From Desulfocapsa sulfexigens DSM 10523 (GTDB lineage: Bacteria; Desulfobacterota; Desulfobulbia; Desulfobulbales; Desulfocapsaceae), in contig NC_020304.1 of the NCBI RefSeq assembly GCF_000341395.1, forward strand, positions 3,900,001-3,932,000: a stretch of DNA of 32,000 bases. The letters are read 5' to 3'. The notes beneath the pieces were generated by a model that saw nothing but the letters and a program-made list of their open reading frames with translations, did not search any database and was not told the DNA's origin. Positions within the stretch are counted from its first letter, which is position 1; the number at the start of each line of letters is the position of its first letter. Below are positions 1 to 9,735 of the stretch, piece after piece. A program made the translations under genes and the position numbers.

Positions 1-794
1 TTGTTCAACGCTGCCAGACTGTGACCAAAAACATCAAGATGGTGAGATTCCGGTTGAGTAAGCCCCACCCCTTCTTTTAAGGCAGGAATCACCTGAAACA
101 ACAGTCCCGATTCCACCATTGCAGAGATAACCTCATGGGCACGACTGGAGGCCATAATCAGGTCCATTTCATAACTAATCCGCTCAACTGAAACTCTGGA
201 TAAAAGAGATGCATGCTCGGTGATAGCCGCAAGCGTTTTTTCCTCAATCCTAAAACCAAAGCGCGACCAGAGGCGATAGCCACGCAGCATGCGCAGGGGA
301 TCGCTGACAAAGGCATTGGGACAAGCTCGTAAAATTCCATTATCCAGATCCTCCCTTCCTCCGAGAGGATCAAGGATCGGTAAGATTCCTGATGGAACCA
401 TAAATTCACTAAAACTGATCCCCAGAGCATTCAGGGTAAAATCCCGCATAGACAAATCCTCATCGATGGTGCTTGCTCCCGAGCGGAAACTTGAAAAATC
501 GATGATCAGGCCTTTCCAGGCAACCCTGCCGGCATCCTCCTCGGCGGTGCCAAGTGGCACAAAGGTTCCACCATTGAGTTCCCTGATCAGCAGACGACAG
601 CAGTGAACAGCATCACAATCCACTGTAAAGTCAAGATCGTTGGGTTTTCTTTCTAAAAGCCAGTCTCTAACAGTACCACCGACCAGAAACATATCCCTGC
701 CACGTTCCTTGGCAACGGCTGTCAAGGCCTTGAAAAGCTGAGGAGGATAATCGGAACTGTGGCTACGCAGCTCGGCAACATTGCTCACGAGCAT
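1..794 (-). CDS. tRNA nucleotidyltransferase / poly(A) polymerase family protein (CCA-adding-enzyme-like); C-terminal part lies beyond the window edge
   Basis: Absent from the ORF track because it runs off the window. My translation of the minus strand from the ATG at 794 gives MLVSNVAELRSHSSDYPPQLFKALTAVAKERGRDMFLVGGTVRDWLLERKPNDLDFTVDCD..., which carries the GG-x-VRD-x-LL...D-x-D nucleotidyltransferase head motif. Near position 1 the same frame reads ...QPESHHLDVFGHSLAALN (HD-domain-like). Confidence 0.8.
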   Translation of the reverse strand, partial: MLVSNVAELRSHSSDYPPQLFKALTAVAKERGRDMFLVGGTVRDWLLERKPNDLDFTVDCDAVHCCRLLIRELNGGTFVPLGTAEEDAGRVAWKGLIIDFSSFRSGASTIDEDLSMRDFTLNALGISFSEFMVPSGILPILDPLGGREDLDNGILRACPNAFVSDPLRMLRGYRLWSRFGFRIEEKTLAAITEHASLLSRVSVERISYEMDLIMASSRAHEVISAMVESGLLFQVIPALKEGVGLTQPESHHLDVFGHSLAALN

Positions 795-912
795 CTTCTC
801 TCCTCTTTCTTTTTTTTATTTCATGTTTATACTTCACGCGTATGTCTCACATGTATAGTTGTCAGATGAGAAAGTGTACCACTTAACCCAAAAAAATAGA
901 ACTGAAACGTAT

Positions 913-1401
913 ATGGACACCCCCACTCAGCGTATGCTCAAGGTCGGCAAGGCCACCATTGGCCTAATCGGTCTTGATATCGCCCTAAACAACGCCCTGG
1001 TCAACAAAATCCCTGTTGAATCCATTTCCGAGCATCTTTACAGAGAAATTCGGCGGCAGAATTATATCCCACCAGGAATGACAGAGACATACAAAGCTGC
1101 GCTGAAACGAGAATACAGAAAATTACTTGGTGAAGACGTTACTGAAGACGGTGATCTCACAATTCGGATTTTCGGCACCGGCTGTATCAGTTGTAACGGA
1201 CTGCGTGATGCTGTAATCGATGCCATGATGAAGGCAGGCATCGCTGCCGATATTCACATGATTCATGATCCTGACGAAATAGGCAGACATGGCATCCTGG
1301 CCACACCTGCGCTTATGATCAATGGAAAGGTAAAAATGGCCGGGATTCATCCTACTCCGGTGCAGCTTGAAGCCTGGCTGCTCGAGGCAGCAGAACAATA
1401 A
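913..1401 (+). CDS. thioredoxin-fold CxxC protein with an unrecognised ~85-aa N-terminal extension
   Basis: The C-terminal ~80 aa (LTIRIFGTGCISCNGL...GILATPALMINGKVKMAG) look like the small redox-active-disulfide thioredoxin-like family. I prefer the in-frame ATG at 913 to the TTG at 859 given in the track. The N-terminal half matches nothing I recognise. Confidence 0.65.
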   Translation: MDTPTQRMLKVGKATIGLIGLDIALNNALVNKIPVESISEHLYREIRRQNYIPPGMTETYKAALKREYRKLLGEDVTEDGDLTIRIFGTGCISCNGLRDAVIDAMMKAGIAADIHMIHDPDEIGRHGILATPALMINGKVKMAGIHPTPVQLEAWLLEAAEQ

Positions 1402-1402
1402 T

Positions 1403-2350
1403 ATGAAGTCAAAACAGCCTGAACTTGTTCTGGCACCCATCCGAGGAATCACAGACTGCCATTTTCGTTCGCTTTTCCAGCGCCATTTCCCCGGCTTTGA
1501 CTCAGCACTGGCACCCTTTATAAACCCCCAGCGCCACTCCCAATTCAACACAGGACAGTTAAAGGACATTTTACCGGTTGCCAACCTGGAGTTACCGGTC
1601 ACCCCACAGTTCCTCCACACCAACCCGGAAGATTTTCTCTTTCTGGCAGGCCGTTTACAGGAACTCGGGTACAGGGAAGTAAACTGGAATCTGGGCTGCC
1701 CCGCTCCCATGGTTACCAAAAAGCAAAGAGGCTCCGGCCTTCTCCCCTTCCCAGAAAAGATCTTTGATTTTCTTGACCAAGTACTGCCAAAACTGACACA
1801 ACTCGGGATACGGCTCTCCATAAAAACACGTTTGGGCTACGAAAACAGGCAGGAACTCCTTGATCTTCTACCACGTCTTGACCAGTATCCTCTGGCCGAA
1901 ATCATTATTCATGGACGCCTGGGTTCGCAGATGTACAAGGGTGAAGTTGATCGGGACGCTTTTGGTCATTGTTTAGAATGCACTCAACATTTCATCGTCT
2001 ATAATGGTGACATCACGTCAAAAGAAGTTTTTGACACATTGCAGCAACAATTCCCGAAGGTGGACAAATGGATGATAGGAAGAGGAGCGTTAGCCAACCC
2101 ATTCCTCCCTGCAGAAATAAAGGGCAAAGAGATCTCTGGACAACGGCAACAGTTACAACTGTTTCACGATGAACTCTACACCTGCTACGCAGATCTCCTC
2201 GATGGCCCGGCACACCTCCTTGGACGAATGAAACAACTCTGGATTTATCTCAGTGCCTTTTTTCCACCAGAACATAAAACATGGAAACTGATAAAAAAGT
2301 GTAAGACTGAATCCAGCTATCAAGAGATCATCAAAAGGCTTTTTGACTGA
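1403..2350 (+). CDS. tRNA-dihydrouridine synthase (Dus family)
   Basis: Motifs LAPIRGITDCHFR, NLGCPAPMVTKKQRGSGLL and IIHGR fit the Dus flavin TIM-barrel pattern. The ATG at 1403 lies 1 nt after the upstream stop and is preferred to the overlapping start at 1367. Confidence 0.8.
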   Translation: MKSKQPELVLAPIRGITDCHFRSLFQRHFPGFDSALAPFINPQRHSQFNTGQLKDILPVANLELPVTPQFLHTNPEDFLFLAGRLQELGYREVNWNLGCPAPMVTKKQRGSGLLPFPEKIFDFLDQVLPKLTQLGIRLSIKTRLGYENRQELLDLLPRLDQYPLAEIIIHGRLGSQMYKGEVDRDAFGHCLECTQHFIVYNGDITSKEVFDTLQQQFPKVDKWMIGRGALANPFLPAEIKGKEISGQRQQLQLFHDELYTCYADLLDGPAHLLGRMKQLWIYLSAFFPPEHKTWKLIKKCKTESSYQEIIKRLFD

Positions 2351-2358
2351 AGAGAATA

Positions 2359-3237
2359 CTAAACCAGCAGGGTATCTGAGAGATCCGTCCCCTCTTCAAT
2401 CCTCACTCCATCCCAGACCACACAGCGTGTCAATGTGACATCTTGACCAAAACGTGCGCTCCCCACGCAGCACCAATCCTTAAGTGTAACACCCTCGGTG
2501 CCAATATGGTCAGCAATGAGAAAGGAACTCTCTGGAGTAATGGAAAATTCCTGCCAGAGAGGAATTTCTTTTTTCAGCAATTTACCGTGTAAGGCAAGAT
2601 AATCAGCCACTGTTCCCATATCCGTCCAGGAGCAGCCATCAACCCGTAACGCCTGAATAGGCAAGTCTTCAAGCAACAACTCGCAATAACGATCAATAAT
2701 GGAATTTTTTTGGGCCAAAGGGATTGTTTCCAGCACTTCGGGGTCCAGCACATGCAATCCAGTAAAAGCCAGACATTTTTCTCCACTCTGGTCGTCAAAA
2801 CTAGTTACCCGGTCGTCCTCAACAGTGACCTTATTAAAACGTGGATAGTCATGCATGGCCATGGTCACCAAGGTACCACCAGACTTGTGACTCCGGTACA
2901 GATCGAGATAATCTACCGTGTGATAAATATCACCATTGCTTATCAGTAGCGGTTCATCCCGCATATGGGACAGGGCCATGCGCAGGCCACCACCAGTGCC
3001 GAGTACCATCTCTTCTTCCTGAATGATCACACCGGATATCCCAGCCAGTGCATCAACAATCTGCTCCTTCAAATGATGACAGTTTACAATAATACGATCA
3101 AAACCAGCCAATTGGAGACGGCGAATTGTGAGCAGCAAAAGTGGTTCATTCAGAAGAGGGAAAAGCGGTTTGGGACGAAGTTCCGTGAAAGGAAGAAGCC
3201 TGGTGCCGAAACCTGCTGCAAGAATCATAGCCTGCAT
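2359..3237 (-). CDS. sugar-phosphate nucleotidyltransferase (MurU/ManC/GlmU-like N-terminal domain)
   Basis: The N-terminus MILAAGFGTRLLPFTELRPKPL carries the G-x-G-T-R-L...K NTP-transferase signature. The sugar specificity cannot be determined by eye. Confidence 0.7.
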   Translation of the reverse strand: MQAMILAAGFGTRLLPFTELRPKPLFPLLNEPLLLLTIRRLQLAGFDRIIVNCHHLKEQIVDALAGISGVIIQEEEMVLGTGGGLRMALSHMRDEPLLISNGDIYHTVDYLDLYRSHKSGGTLVTMAMHDYPRFNKVTVEDDRVTSFDDQSGEKCLAFTGLHVLDPEVLETIPLAQKNSIIDRYCELLLEDLPIQALRVDGCSWTDMGTVADYLALHGKLLKKEIPLWQEFSITPESSFLIADHIGTEGVTLKDWCCVGSARFGQDVTLTRCVVWDGVRIEEGTDLSDTLLV

Positions 3238-3319
3238 CGAATACCGTCTCCCAAAAAGACTGCCTTAGCCGAACAAGGGATTACTCTGTTCATTGTTTGT
3301 AACAATCTTTTTTTAAACT

Positions 3320-4162
3320 TCAATAATCGAGAGTCCCATCTAAATTTTCACTGACACCAACTACTATAATTCCAGCCTCATCTGCCGCACGAATCATGGC
3401 TTCGGGATCAAAGAGGAGTGATTGTCCAGCTTCCACGGCTAGAACCGCTCCCCGGACAGAGGCAAGTGTCTCGATGGTTTGAATACCGGTTGCCGGAAGG
3501 TCAAAACGGAAATCTTGTCCGGGTTTTCGTACCTTCACCACAACGGCCTGCTCTTTGGCAAGATTTCCACCTCTGATAATGGTTGCATCGGTGCCATCAA
3601 TTGCCTCAACTGCCAGCACGGAGCGATTCCTGACAACAACGCACTGTCCGATATCCAAAGCCCCGATGGCACGGGCGTTCTTCCAGCCAAAAGCAATATC
3701 CAGGCGCTGGTTATTATCGGGTTTTTTTCTTGTTAAAACACCATGCGGAAAAAACAGATGCTGCAGATAACAGGTGGATTCCAGTACCTGAATGCCTTCC
3801 TGCTCAAGTGCCCCGGCAACAGCGCGAAGAATAGCATCGTCCTGTTTGGAATCTATCTTGTTCCAGAGAGACAAGGCTTTTATGTCGGGCAGGATATCAC
3901 GAAAAATCTTTGTCTTGGTGATGGCTCCGACAAAGACCGTCTCTCCCACTCCTCTGGAATGAAAGAACTTCAGTAACTTTCCCAACTGTCCAAGTTTCAG
4001 CCAGCACACTTCATCGGCCGCCGCCGCCACTTCATCGCCTGTCTCGTTTCGATGAGCAATGAGCACTGTTCTGCGACCGGCCTTTTTCGCAGCCTCAATA
4101 AAGAGTAGGGGAAATTGGCCGGAACCTGCAATGACTCCAATTTTATCAGGATCAACTGCCAT
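3320..4162 (-). CDS. lpxI: UDP-2,3-diacylglucosamine pyrophosphatase LpxI (DUF1009 family)
   Basis: IGVIAGSGQFPLLF at the N-terminus and DIGQCVVVRNRSVLAVEAIDGTDATIIRGG in the C-terminal domain. It sits immediately downstream of lpxA (3-nt gap). Confidence 0.8.
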   Translation of the reverse strand: MAVDPDKIGVIAGSGQFPLLFIEAAKKAGRRTVLIAHRNETGDEVAAAADEVCWLKLGQLGKLLKFFHSRGVGETVFVGAITKTKIFRDILPDIKALSLWNKIDSKQDDAILRAVAGALEQEGIQVLESTCYLQHLFFPHGVLTRKKPDNNQRLDIAFGWKNARAIGALDIGQCVVVRNRSVLAVEAIDGTDATIIRGGNLAKEQAVVVKVRKPGQDFRFDLPATGIQTIETLASVRGAVLAVEAGQSLLFDPEAMIRAADEAGIIVVGVSENLDGTLDY

Positions 4163-4165
4163 GGT

Positions 4166-4975
4166 TCAACGTCTCTTGATGCGTTTCACCACACCGCGCT
4201 TTGAGCTTCGAATAAAGGCAAGTAATCCATCCACCTCCTCACAGCCGCCAAGCTCATGTTCCACCCTGTCGAGTGCCTCGTTGTGGAGCAGCTCTGGAGA
4301 ATGGAAGAGTATACGGTAGGCTGCATCAATTCTGGAAATGATTTCACGGCTAAAGCCATTCCGACGCAACCCCACTTTGTTCAGACCAGAAATATGCATC
4401 TGGCCTCTTTCACCTGTCACCATGGCGTAAGGTGGGACGTCCTTACTCACAGCAGAGCCACCGCCAATAAAGGCAAACGTGCCGATACGGGAAAACTGAT
4501 GGGTACCAGTTAGTCCACCAACGGTAGCCCTGGCGCCAACTTCCGTGTGACCGCTCAAATGGGCCGCATTTACAATAATCACATAATCCTCAATAATACA
4601 GTCATGTCCTATATGGGCATAGGCCATTATCAGACAGTTATTGCCAATCACTGTCCTCCCTCCACCCTTCACAGTTCCACGGTGAATGGATGCATATTCA
4701 CGAATATGGTTATTATTTCCAAGAATAAGCTCTGTCGGCTCACCAGTATAACCGAGATCCTGTGGTGCTCCTCCAAGGGCTGCAAAGGAATCGATGATAT
4801 TGTTTTCCCCAATCTTACAGGGGCCAGAAATCCTCACATGGGTAGCAACGGTTGTACCGGCGCCAATTATCACGCCATCCTCGATCACGCTAAATGGGCC
4901 GACAATCACACTTTCATGCAACTTAGCTTTTACAGAAACCACTGCCGTGGGATGAATATTCATATCTTTAGTCAC
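4166..4975 (-). CDS. lpxA: acyl-ACP--UDP-N-acetylglucosamine O-acyltransferase
   Basis: Left-handed beta-helix hexapeptide repeats ([32 protein letters not shown]...) plus an LpxA-type C-terminal helical domain. Its position within lpxD-fabZ-lpxA synteny supports the call. Confidence 0.9.
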   Translation of the reverse strand: MTKDMNIHPTAVVSVKAKLHESVIVGPFSVIEDGVIIGAGTTVATHVRISGPCKIGENNIIDSFAALGGAPQDLGYTGEPTELILGNNNHIREYASIHRGTVKGGGRTVIGNNCLIMAYAHIGHDCIIEDYVIIVNAAHLSGHTEVGARATVGGLTGTHQFSRIGTFAFIGGGSAVSKDVPPYAMVTGERGQMHISGLNKVGLRRNGFSREIISRIDAAYRILFHSPELLHNEALDRVEHELGGCEEVDGLLAFIRSSKRGVVKRIKRR

Positions 4976-5421
4976 CCAAATGATGCCATAAGCTCTGCTT
5001 CGGCAACCACTTTATCATCGACAAAAGCCTTCCCCGCAAGTTTCCAGATACCGCGTTTCTTTTTCAAAACCTCAAGTTTATAAATCAATTGATCTCCAGG
5101 ACCCACTGGCCGGCGAAAGCGTACCTTGTCAATCCCGGCGAAATACAACAGCTTCACACCTACATTTTCAAGTTCTGTGCTATACGCAAGCACTCCTCCC
5201 GCCTGTGCCATTCCTTCCAGCATTAACACCCCTGGCATCACAGGCTTTGCAGGAAAATGGCCCTGAAAAAAAGGCTCATTAATTGTCACATTTTTCAAAG
5301 CTTCAATTTTCTGATCAGGAACAAGAGAAAGAACCCGATCAATCATTACAAATGGATACCTGTGCGGCAACAGACGTAAAATTTCTATTATATCTATATT
5401 TTCAATAAGTTCCTCACTCAT
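4972..5421 (-). CDS. fabZ: 3-hydroxyacyl-ACP dehydratase
   Basis: [14 protein letters not shown] and [18 protein letters not shown] are hot-dog-fold FabZ signatures. There are 4-nt ATGA overlaps with both neighbours. Confidence 0.92.
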   Translation of the reverse strand: MSEELIENIDIIEILRLLPHRYPFVMIDRVLSLVPDQKIEALKNVTINEPFFQGHFPAKPVMPGVLMLEGMAQAGGVLAYSTELENVGVKLLYFAGIDKVRFRRPVGPGDQLIYKLEVLKKKRGIWKLAGKAFVDDKVVAEAELMASFG

Positions 5422-6497
5422 TTTGCACTCCCTGATTGTTCTTCTGCAACGGCTTCACATTTAGCCATCTGCTTTTTTAATTTTCGTATATCACGCCCCA
5501 TCTCGGACAACTTTCCAAACTGGATAGCAGCTCTTGCAAATATATTCATGGGAATGGCAGGTGACCCGCCAACCCGGGCTCCAGCATCCAAATTCGTATG
5601 TATTCCACTCTGTGCTGCAACCATCACAGTATCTCCCAGGGTAATATGACCGGCCACCCCAGCCTGCCCCCCAAGGACAACATTTCTGCCAAGGGTTACT
5701 GAACCGGCAATTCCAACTTGGGAAACGATGAGACTGTTCTCGCCAACAACCACATTATGGGCTATCTGAACCAGATTATCAATTTTCGTTCCCGATTTTA
5801 TGTGGGTCACTCCATAGGCAGCTCTATCCACACAGCTGTTGGCACCAATTTCCACGTCATCATCAATCTGGACAATCCCTACCTGAGGACGTTTTGTGTG
5901 AAAGCCCTGTTTGTCGGTGGCATACCCATAGCCATCACTCCCGATCACTGCACCGGAAAAAATGGTTACTCGTTTGCCGATTTTACACCCTTGGGCTATG
6001 GTGGTATTGGCTTTTATGGTGGTATCATCTCCAATCTGCACATCGTCTCCAAGAACGACTCCGGCTTCAAGGGTCACCCTCTCTCCAATTGTCACTCTAT
6101 CACCAATGGATACAAATGGAGCGACGCTGATCTGCTCAGGAAGAGAGGTTTCCTTTCCTATCCAGGCCTGAGGATGTACCCCTGTTGCAACAAACGGTTT
6201 TTCAAGAAGCCGACCATGTATTTTAGCCGAGGCCAGATAAGGATCGTCAACACGAATAACTGCTACAGGTGCCTTTTCGATGCTCATGGGGACTATAACC
6301 GCACTCCCTCCGAACTCTTTTAATCTATGCACATCTCCAGCTTTAGCCAGAAAACTGATATCGCCCTTTCCTGCTGTTTCCAGCGGAGCAAACCCAGTAA
6401 TCTCCAACTGCCCATCTCCTGCAACTATACCATTTACCGCAGTTGCTAATTCTTCCAGACTAAAACATGTTTTGCTCACATAAACCTCGCTACTCAT
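5418..6497 (-). CDS. lpxD: UDP-3-O-acylglucosamine N-acyltransferase
   Basis: An N-terminal uridine-binding-type domain ([10 protein letters not shown]...GDISFLA) is followed by a long run of hexapeptide repeats. The gene lies directly upstream of fabZ-lpxA. Confidence 0.9.
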   Translation of the reverse strand: MSSEVYVSKTCFSLEELATAVNGIVAGDGQLEITGFAPLETAGKGDISFLAKAGDVHRLKEFGGSAVIVPMSIEKAPVAVIRVDDPYLASAKIHGRLLEKPFVATGVHPQAWIGKETSLPEQISVAPFVSIGDRVTIGERVTLEAGVVLGDDVQIGDDTTIKANTTIAQGCKIGKRVTIFSGAVIGSDGYGYATDKQGFHTKRPQVGIVQIDDDVEIGANSCVDRAAYGVTHIKSGTKIDNLVQIAHNVVVGENSLIVSQVGIAGSVTLGRNVVLGGQAGVAGHITLGDTVMVAAQSGIHTNLDAGARVGGSPAIPMNIFARAAIQFGKLSEMGRDIRKLKKQMAKCEAVAEEQSGSAK

Positions 6498-7666
6498 CAG
6501 AGAGTGTAAATAAGATATTTTTTTCTTCTTTCTAAAAATCGCTCCAACTCAGGCTGCCACCTCTTTTCAAGCAGGGAAAGAGATTCGCCACGCTCCAAAG
6601 CCTTGCGCAGAATCGTATCACCCAAAATAAGATCCATGGGAAGCCGTTCAAACTCATATTCATAGGGTGGTTCTTTATACGCGAAATCATCAGGATAACA
6701 TTGCATCACCGCCTGCAGCAATGCCAGACTGGTTCGATAGGGTAAAAATGTTTCAGGGTCCGTTACATGAAGTTGAAACCCGGTACAAGCCTGCTCGGCC
6801 CATTTTCCCGACGTTGGCTGAAAGACAAGGGGTCTGAGATAACAACCGGGCAATTGCGTCGCCTCTAAATACTTCAAGATCTTCTCATGCTCCCAGAAGG
6901 GTGCTCCTGAAAACTCAAAGGGCAGTGTTGTGCCCCGCCCCTCAGAACAGTTTGTTCCCTCCCAGATGACCTGACCCGGATACACAAGAGCCGTTTCAGG
7001 AGTTGGCATATTTGGAGACGGCGCAACCCAGGGAAATCCCGTATCACGAAAAAGCATGGAACGTTTCCAACCCTGGATAGGAATAACCTGCAGGTCAGCA
7101 CCGATGGAAAACTCCTCATTGATATAAAGAGCAAGCTCACCAAAAGTCATGCCATGCCGCATGGGGATAGGATAGAGTCCTACAAAAGAACTGCAATCCT
7201 CCTGAAGTATATTTCCTTCAACCGACAGACCATCAATGGGATTTGGCCGATCAAGAACCACAATCTGTTTTCCGTATTTGGCCGCAGCCTCCATGCAGTA
7301 AGCCATGGTGTAGAGAAAGGTGTAGACCCGGGTTCCCACATCCACAATGTCGATCAGGAGAAGGTCGAGGTAGGAAAACATGGATTCTGTCGGTTTCCGG
7401 GATTCGCCGTAAAGAGAAAAAACAGGCAGGCCACTCACTGGATCGGTACAGTGATCAGATTCGATCATGTTATCCTGTTTTTCAGAGAAAAAGCCGTGCT
7501 GAGGGGAAAAAAGGCAGGTTAGCTGACTCCCGTAGATATCCAGTAGGAAGTCCCTGCTATGACGCAGGGTATGATCGGTGGATGCCTGATTACAAAGCAA
7601 GCCGAGGCGCTTGCCGGAGAGTTCTACATCCGACCCAGATAAATTTTCGAGACCGATAGTGATCAT
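6497..7666 (-). CDS. DUF1343 family protein (NamZ/YbbC-like putative exo-beta-N-acetylmuramidase)
   Basis: The ~390-aa size and motifs GLLCNQAS, SPQHGF, DIVDVGTRVYTF and LDRPNP match what I remember of DUF1343. It shares 1-nt overlaps (TAATG, TGATG) with glmS and lpxD. Confidence 0.7.
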   Translation of the reverse strand: MITIGLENLSGSDVELSGKRLGLLCNQASTDHTLRHSRDFLLDIYGSQLTCLFSPQHGFFSEKQDNMIESDHCTDPVSGLPVFSLYGESRKPTESMFSYLDLLLIDIVDVGTRVYTFLYTMAYCMEAAAKYGKQIVVLDRPNPIDGLSVEGNILQEDCSSFVGLYPIPMRHGMTFGELALYINEEFSIGADLQVIPIQGWKRSMLFRDTGFPWVAPSPNMPTPETALVYPGQVIWEGTNCSEGRGTTLPFEFSGAPFWEHEKILKYLEATQLPGCYLRPLVFQPTSGKWAEQACTGFQLHVTDPETFLPYRTSLALLQAVMQCYPDDFAYKEPPYEYEFERLPMDLILGDTILRKALERGESLSLLEKRWQPELERFLERRKKYLIYTL

Positions 7667-9507
7667 TATTCGACGGTTACACTTTTAGCGAGATTCCGTG
7701 GCTGATCCACATCACAGCCGCGTCGGGAGGCAATTTCATAGGCGAGCAACTGCGCAGGAATTGTATAGAGTATAGGGTTAAGCTCTTCATTCACCTCAGG
7801 TAGATAGAGGACATCGTCGGTTATACTTTTGAGATGCTCATCACCTTCAGTTCCTATAAGTATGAGACGGCCCTGCCTCGCCTTAATTTCTTCCACATTA
7901 GAAATGGATTTCTGATATACGGCATCTTTTGGCACCAATCCCAAAATTGGCATATCCTTATCGATTAGGGCAATTGGACCATGTTTCAACTCACCCGAAG
8001 CATACCCTTCAGCATGAATATAAGAAATTTCCTTCAGTTTCAGCGCACCTTCAAGAGCAATGGGAAAGTTCAGCCCCCTGCCCACAAATAGAAAATCACG
8101 ACTGTCATAATAGTTTTCTATCAATTCCTGTATTTCACCCTGAAGCACGGGAAGAAGTTTTCCTATAACGGCAGCAAGGTGAATAAGATCCCTGCCCAGC
8201 TCCAGACGTTTTTCCACTGCCATTGTTCCTCTTTTTTCTGCAAGAAAGAGAGTAAAGAGAAACAGTGCTGCAAGCTGTGAGGTAAAAGCTTTGGTGGAAG
8301 CCACTCCAATCTCAGGTCCTGCATGAGTATAAACGGTACCATCTGCAATCCTGGTCATAGTGGAACCAACAACATTGCAGATGATCACTATTTTGGAGCC
8401 AAGTTTCCTGGCAAGGCGAATCCCGGCAAGAGTATCTGCTGTTTCCCCGGATTGCGAGATGGCAACGGTGAGAACCCTCTCGTTGATAATAAGCTTCCGG
8501 TACCTGAATTCAGAGGCGATGTCTACTTCAACAGGAATTCCGGCCCAACGCTCAATCCAGTATTTGGCAACCAGCGCTGCATGCCAGGACGTACCGCAGG
8601 CCACCAGAAAAATACGGTCAATTCCGGCAAGATCCTCATCACTGAGATTCATCTCCGCCAGCTCAATACTGCCGGTTTCAGGATTTATACGGCCACTCAC
8701 CGTGTCGATTATGGCCTGGGGCTGTTCATAAATCTCTTTCAGCATGAAATGCTTATACCCACCCTTCTCCGCCATGGCGGAGTTCCAGGAAATGGTATTC
8801 ACCTCTTTCTCGACCTCTTCGCCACTAACCAGGGAATAGACAGTATGACTATCAGCTTTTAAAACGACAAGCTCCTTGTCATCAAGAAAGATAACCCTGT
8901 TGGTATAGGGAAGCAGCGGCGGAACATCGGAGGCCATAAAACCACCCTCTTCCTCATGGACGCCAATAACCAATGGACTGTGGTTTCTGGCGGCGATCAG
9001 AGTGTCGGGCATCCCTGTCCAGAGAACACCGATCCCGTAGGAACCTTCCACCCTGCCAAGAGCTTTGGTCACTGCAGCTCGCAGATCGGTATCAAGATAC
9101 TCTTCTATGAGGTGCGCCAGAACTTCAGTATCGGTCGCCGAGGAAAATGTGTGTCCTTTTTCCAACAGTTCCTTTCGAAGCGAATGATAGTTTTCAATAA
9201 TCCCATTATGAACAACGACAAGATTTCCGGTGCAGTCACTGTGCGGATGGGCATTTTCCGTCGTGGGAGCACCATGAGTTGCCCAGCGAGTGTGACCAAG
9301 ACCGATATTAGAGGGTGCACCAATAGCTTCTCCCATAATGTTCTCAAGATTCTGGAGTTTCCCCTCACTGCGGTATTTTATCAGCCTTCCATCATGCAGA
9401 TAAACAATGCCAGCAGAATCATACCCTCTGTACTCCAGACGTTTTAATCCCTCCAGTACAACCGGAACCACACGTCTTCTTCCCACATACCCTACAATTC
9501 CGCACAT
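7666..9507 (-). CDS. glmS: glutamine--fructose-6-phosphate aminotransferase
   Basis: MCGIVGYVG provides the N-terminal Cys nucleophile, two SIS domains follow, and the protein ends in the canonical ...DQPRNLAKSVTVE. I set the start at the ATG at 9507 rather than the track start at 9561. Confidence 0.95.
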   Translation of the reverse strand: MCGIVGYVGRRRVVPVVLEGLKRLEYRGYDSAGIVYLHDGRLIKYRSEGKLQNLENIMGEAIGAPSNIGLGHTRWATHGAPTTENAHPHSDCTGNLVVVHNGIIENYHSLRKELLEKGHTFSSATDTEVLAHLIEEYLDTDLRAAVTKALGRVEGSYGIGVLWTGMPDTLIAARNHSPLVIGVHEEEGGFMASDVPPLLPYTNRVIFLDDKELVVLKADSHTVYSLVSGEEVEKEVNTISWNSAMAEKGGYKHFMLKEIYEQPQAIIDTVSGRINPETGSIELAEMNLSDEDLAGIDRIFLVACGTSWHAALVAKYWIERWAGIPVEVDIASEFRYRKLIINERVLTVAISQSGETADTLAGIRLARKLGSKIVIICNVVGSTMTRIADGTVYTHAGPEIGVASTKAFTSQLAALFLFTLFLAEKRGTMAVEKRLELGRDLIHLAAVIGKLLPVLQGEIQELIENYYDSRDFLFVGRGLNFPIALEGALKLKEISYIHAEGYASGELKHGPIALIDKDMPILGLVPKDAVYQKSISNVEEIKARQGRLILIGTEGDEHLKSITDDVLYLPEVNEELNPILYTIPAQLLAYEIASRRGCDVDQPRNLAKSVTVE

Positions 9508-9735
9508 AGTAAATTCCTCATTTCCAATCTCTAGAAAAACTATTCCATTTTCCTGCTGCAATACAAGTAGTCGACCAAACTAACATGCCAATTTTTAATA
9601 TTGCGAGTTTTTTCTTGTTCCTCGGCGAAAAATGAGTATTTTTAGTGAAGATAGATTCAAAAAAAAAATTCATTCCGGGTTCTATCTTTTTTTTAACTTA
9701 CCTCAACAACCAAAACTTTTACAAAGAAACTTCCC

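Noticed and set aside
158-606. Track ORFs 158-430 (-) and 289-606 (+)
   Set aside because: Both lie inside the well-supported minus-strand nucleotidyltransferase gene (1-794) in other frames or on the other strand. Neither has a recognisable motif, so I treat them as shadow ORFs.
1123-1821. 232-aa minus-strand ORF
   Set aside because: It is antisense to two motif-supported plus-strand genes (the Trx-like gene and dus). Its Arg/Ser/Gly-rich composition is typical of antisense frames, and it has no Shine-Dalgarno sequence.
9508-9561. Upstream extension of glmS (track start at 9561)
   Set aside because: GlmS requires Cys directly after the initiator Met (MCGIVGY). The 18-aa extension would bury the catalytic N-terminal nucleophile.
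9562-9735. Possible glmS ribozyme or UTP-sensing pyrE attenuator in the glmS/pyrE divergent region (A10 at 9659-9668, GATAGA...TCTATC + T8 at 9681-9688)
   Set aside because: I could not recognise a glmS-ribozyme core, and that ribozyme class is essentially Gram-positive. The only hairpins are a 6-bp stem with a 27-nt loop and AT-only stems, which are too weak to call.
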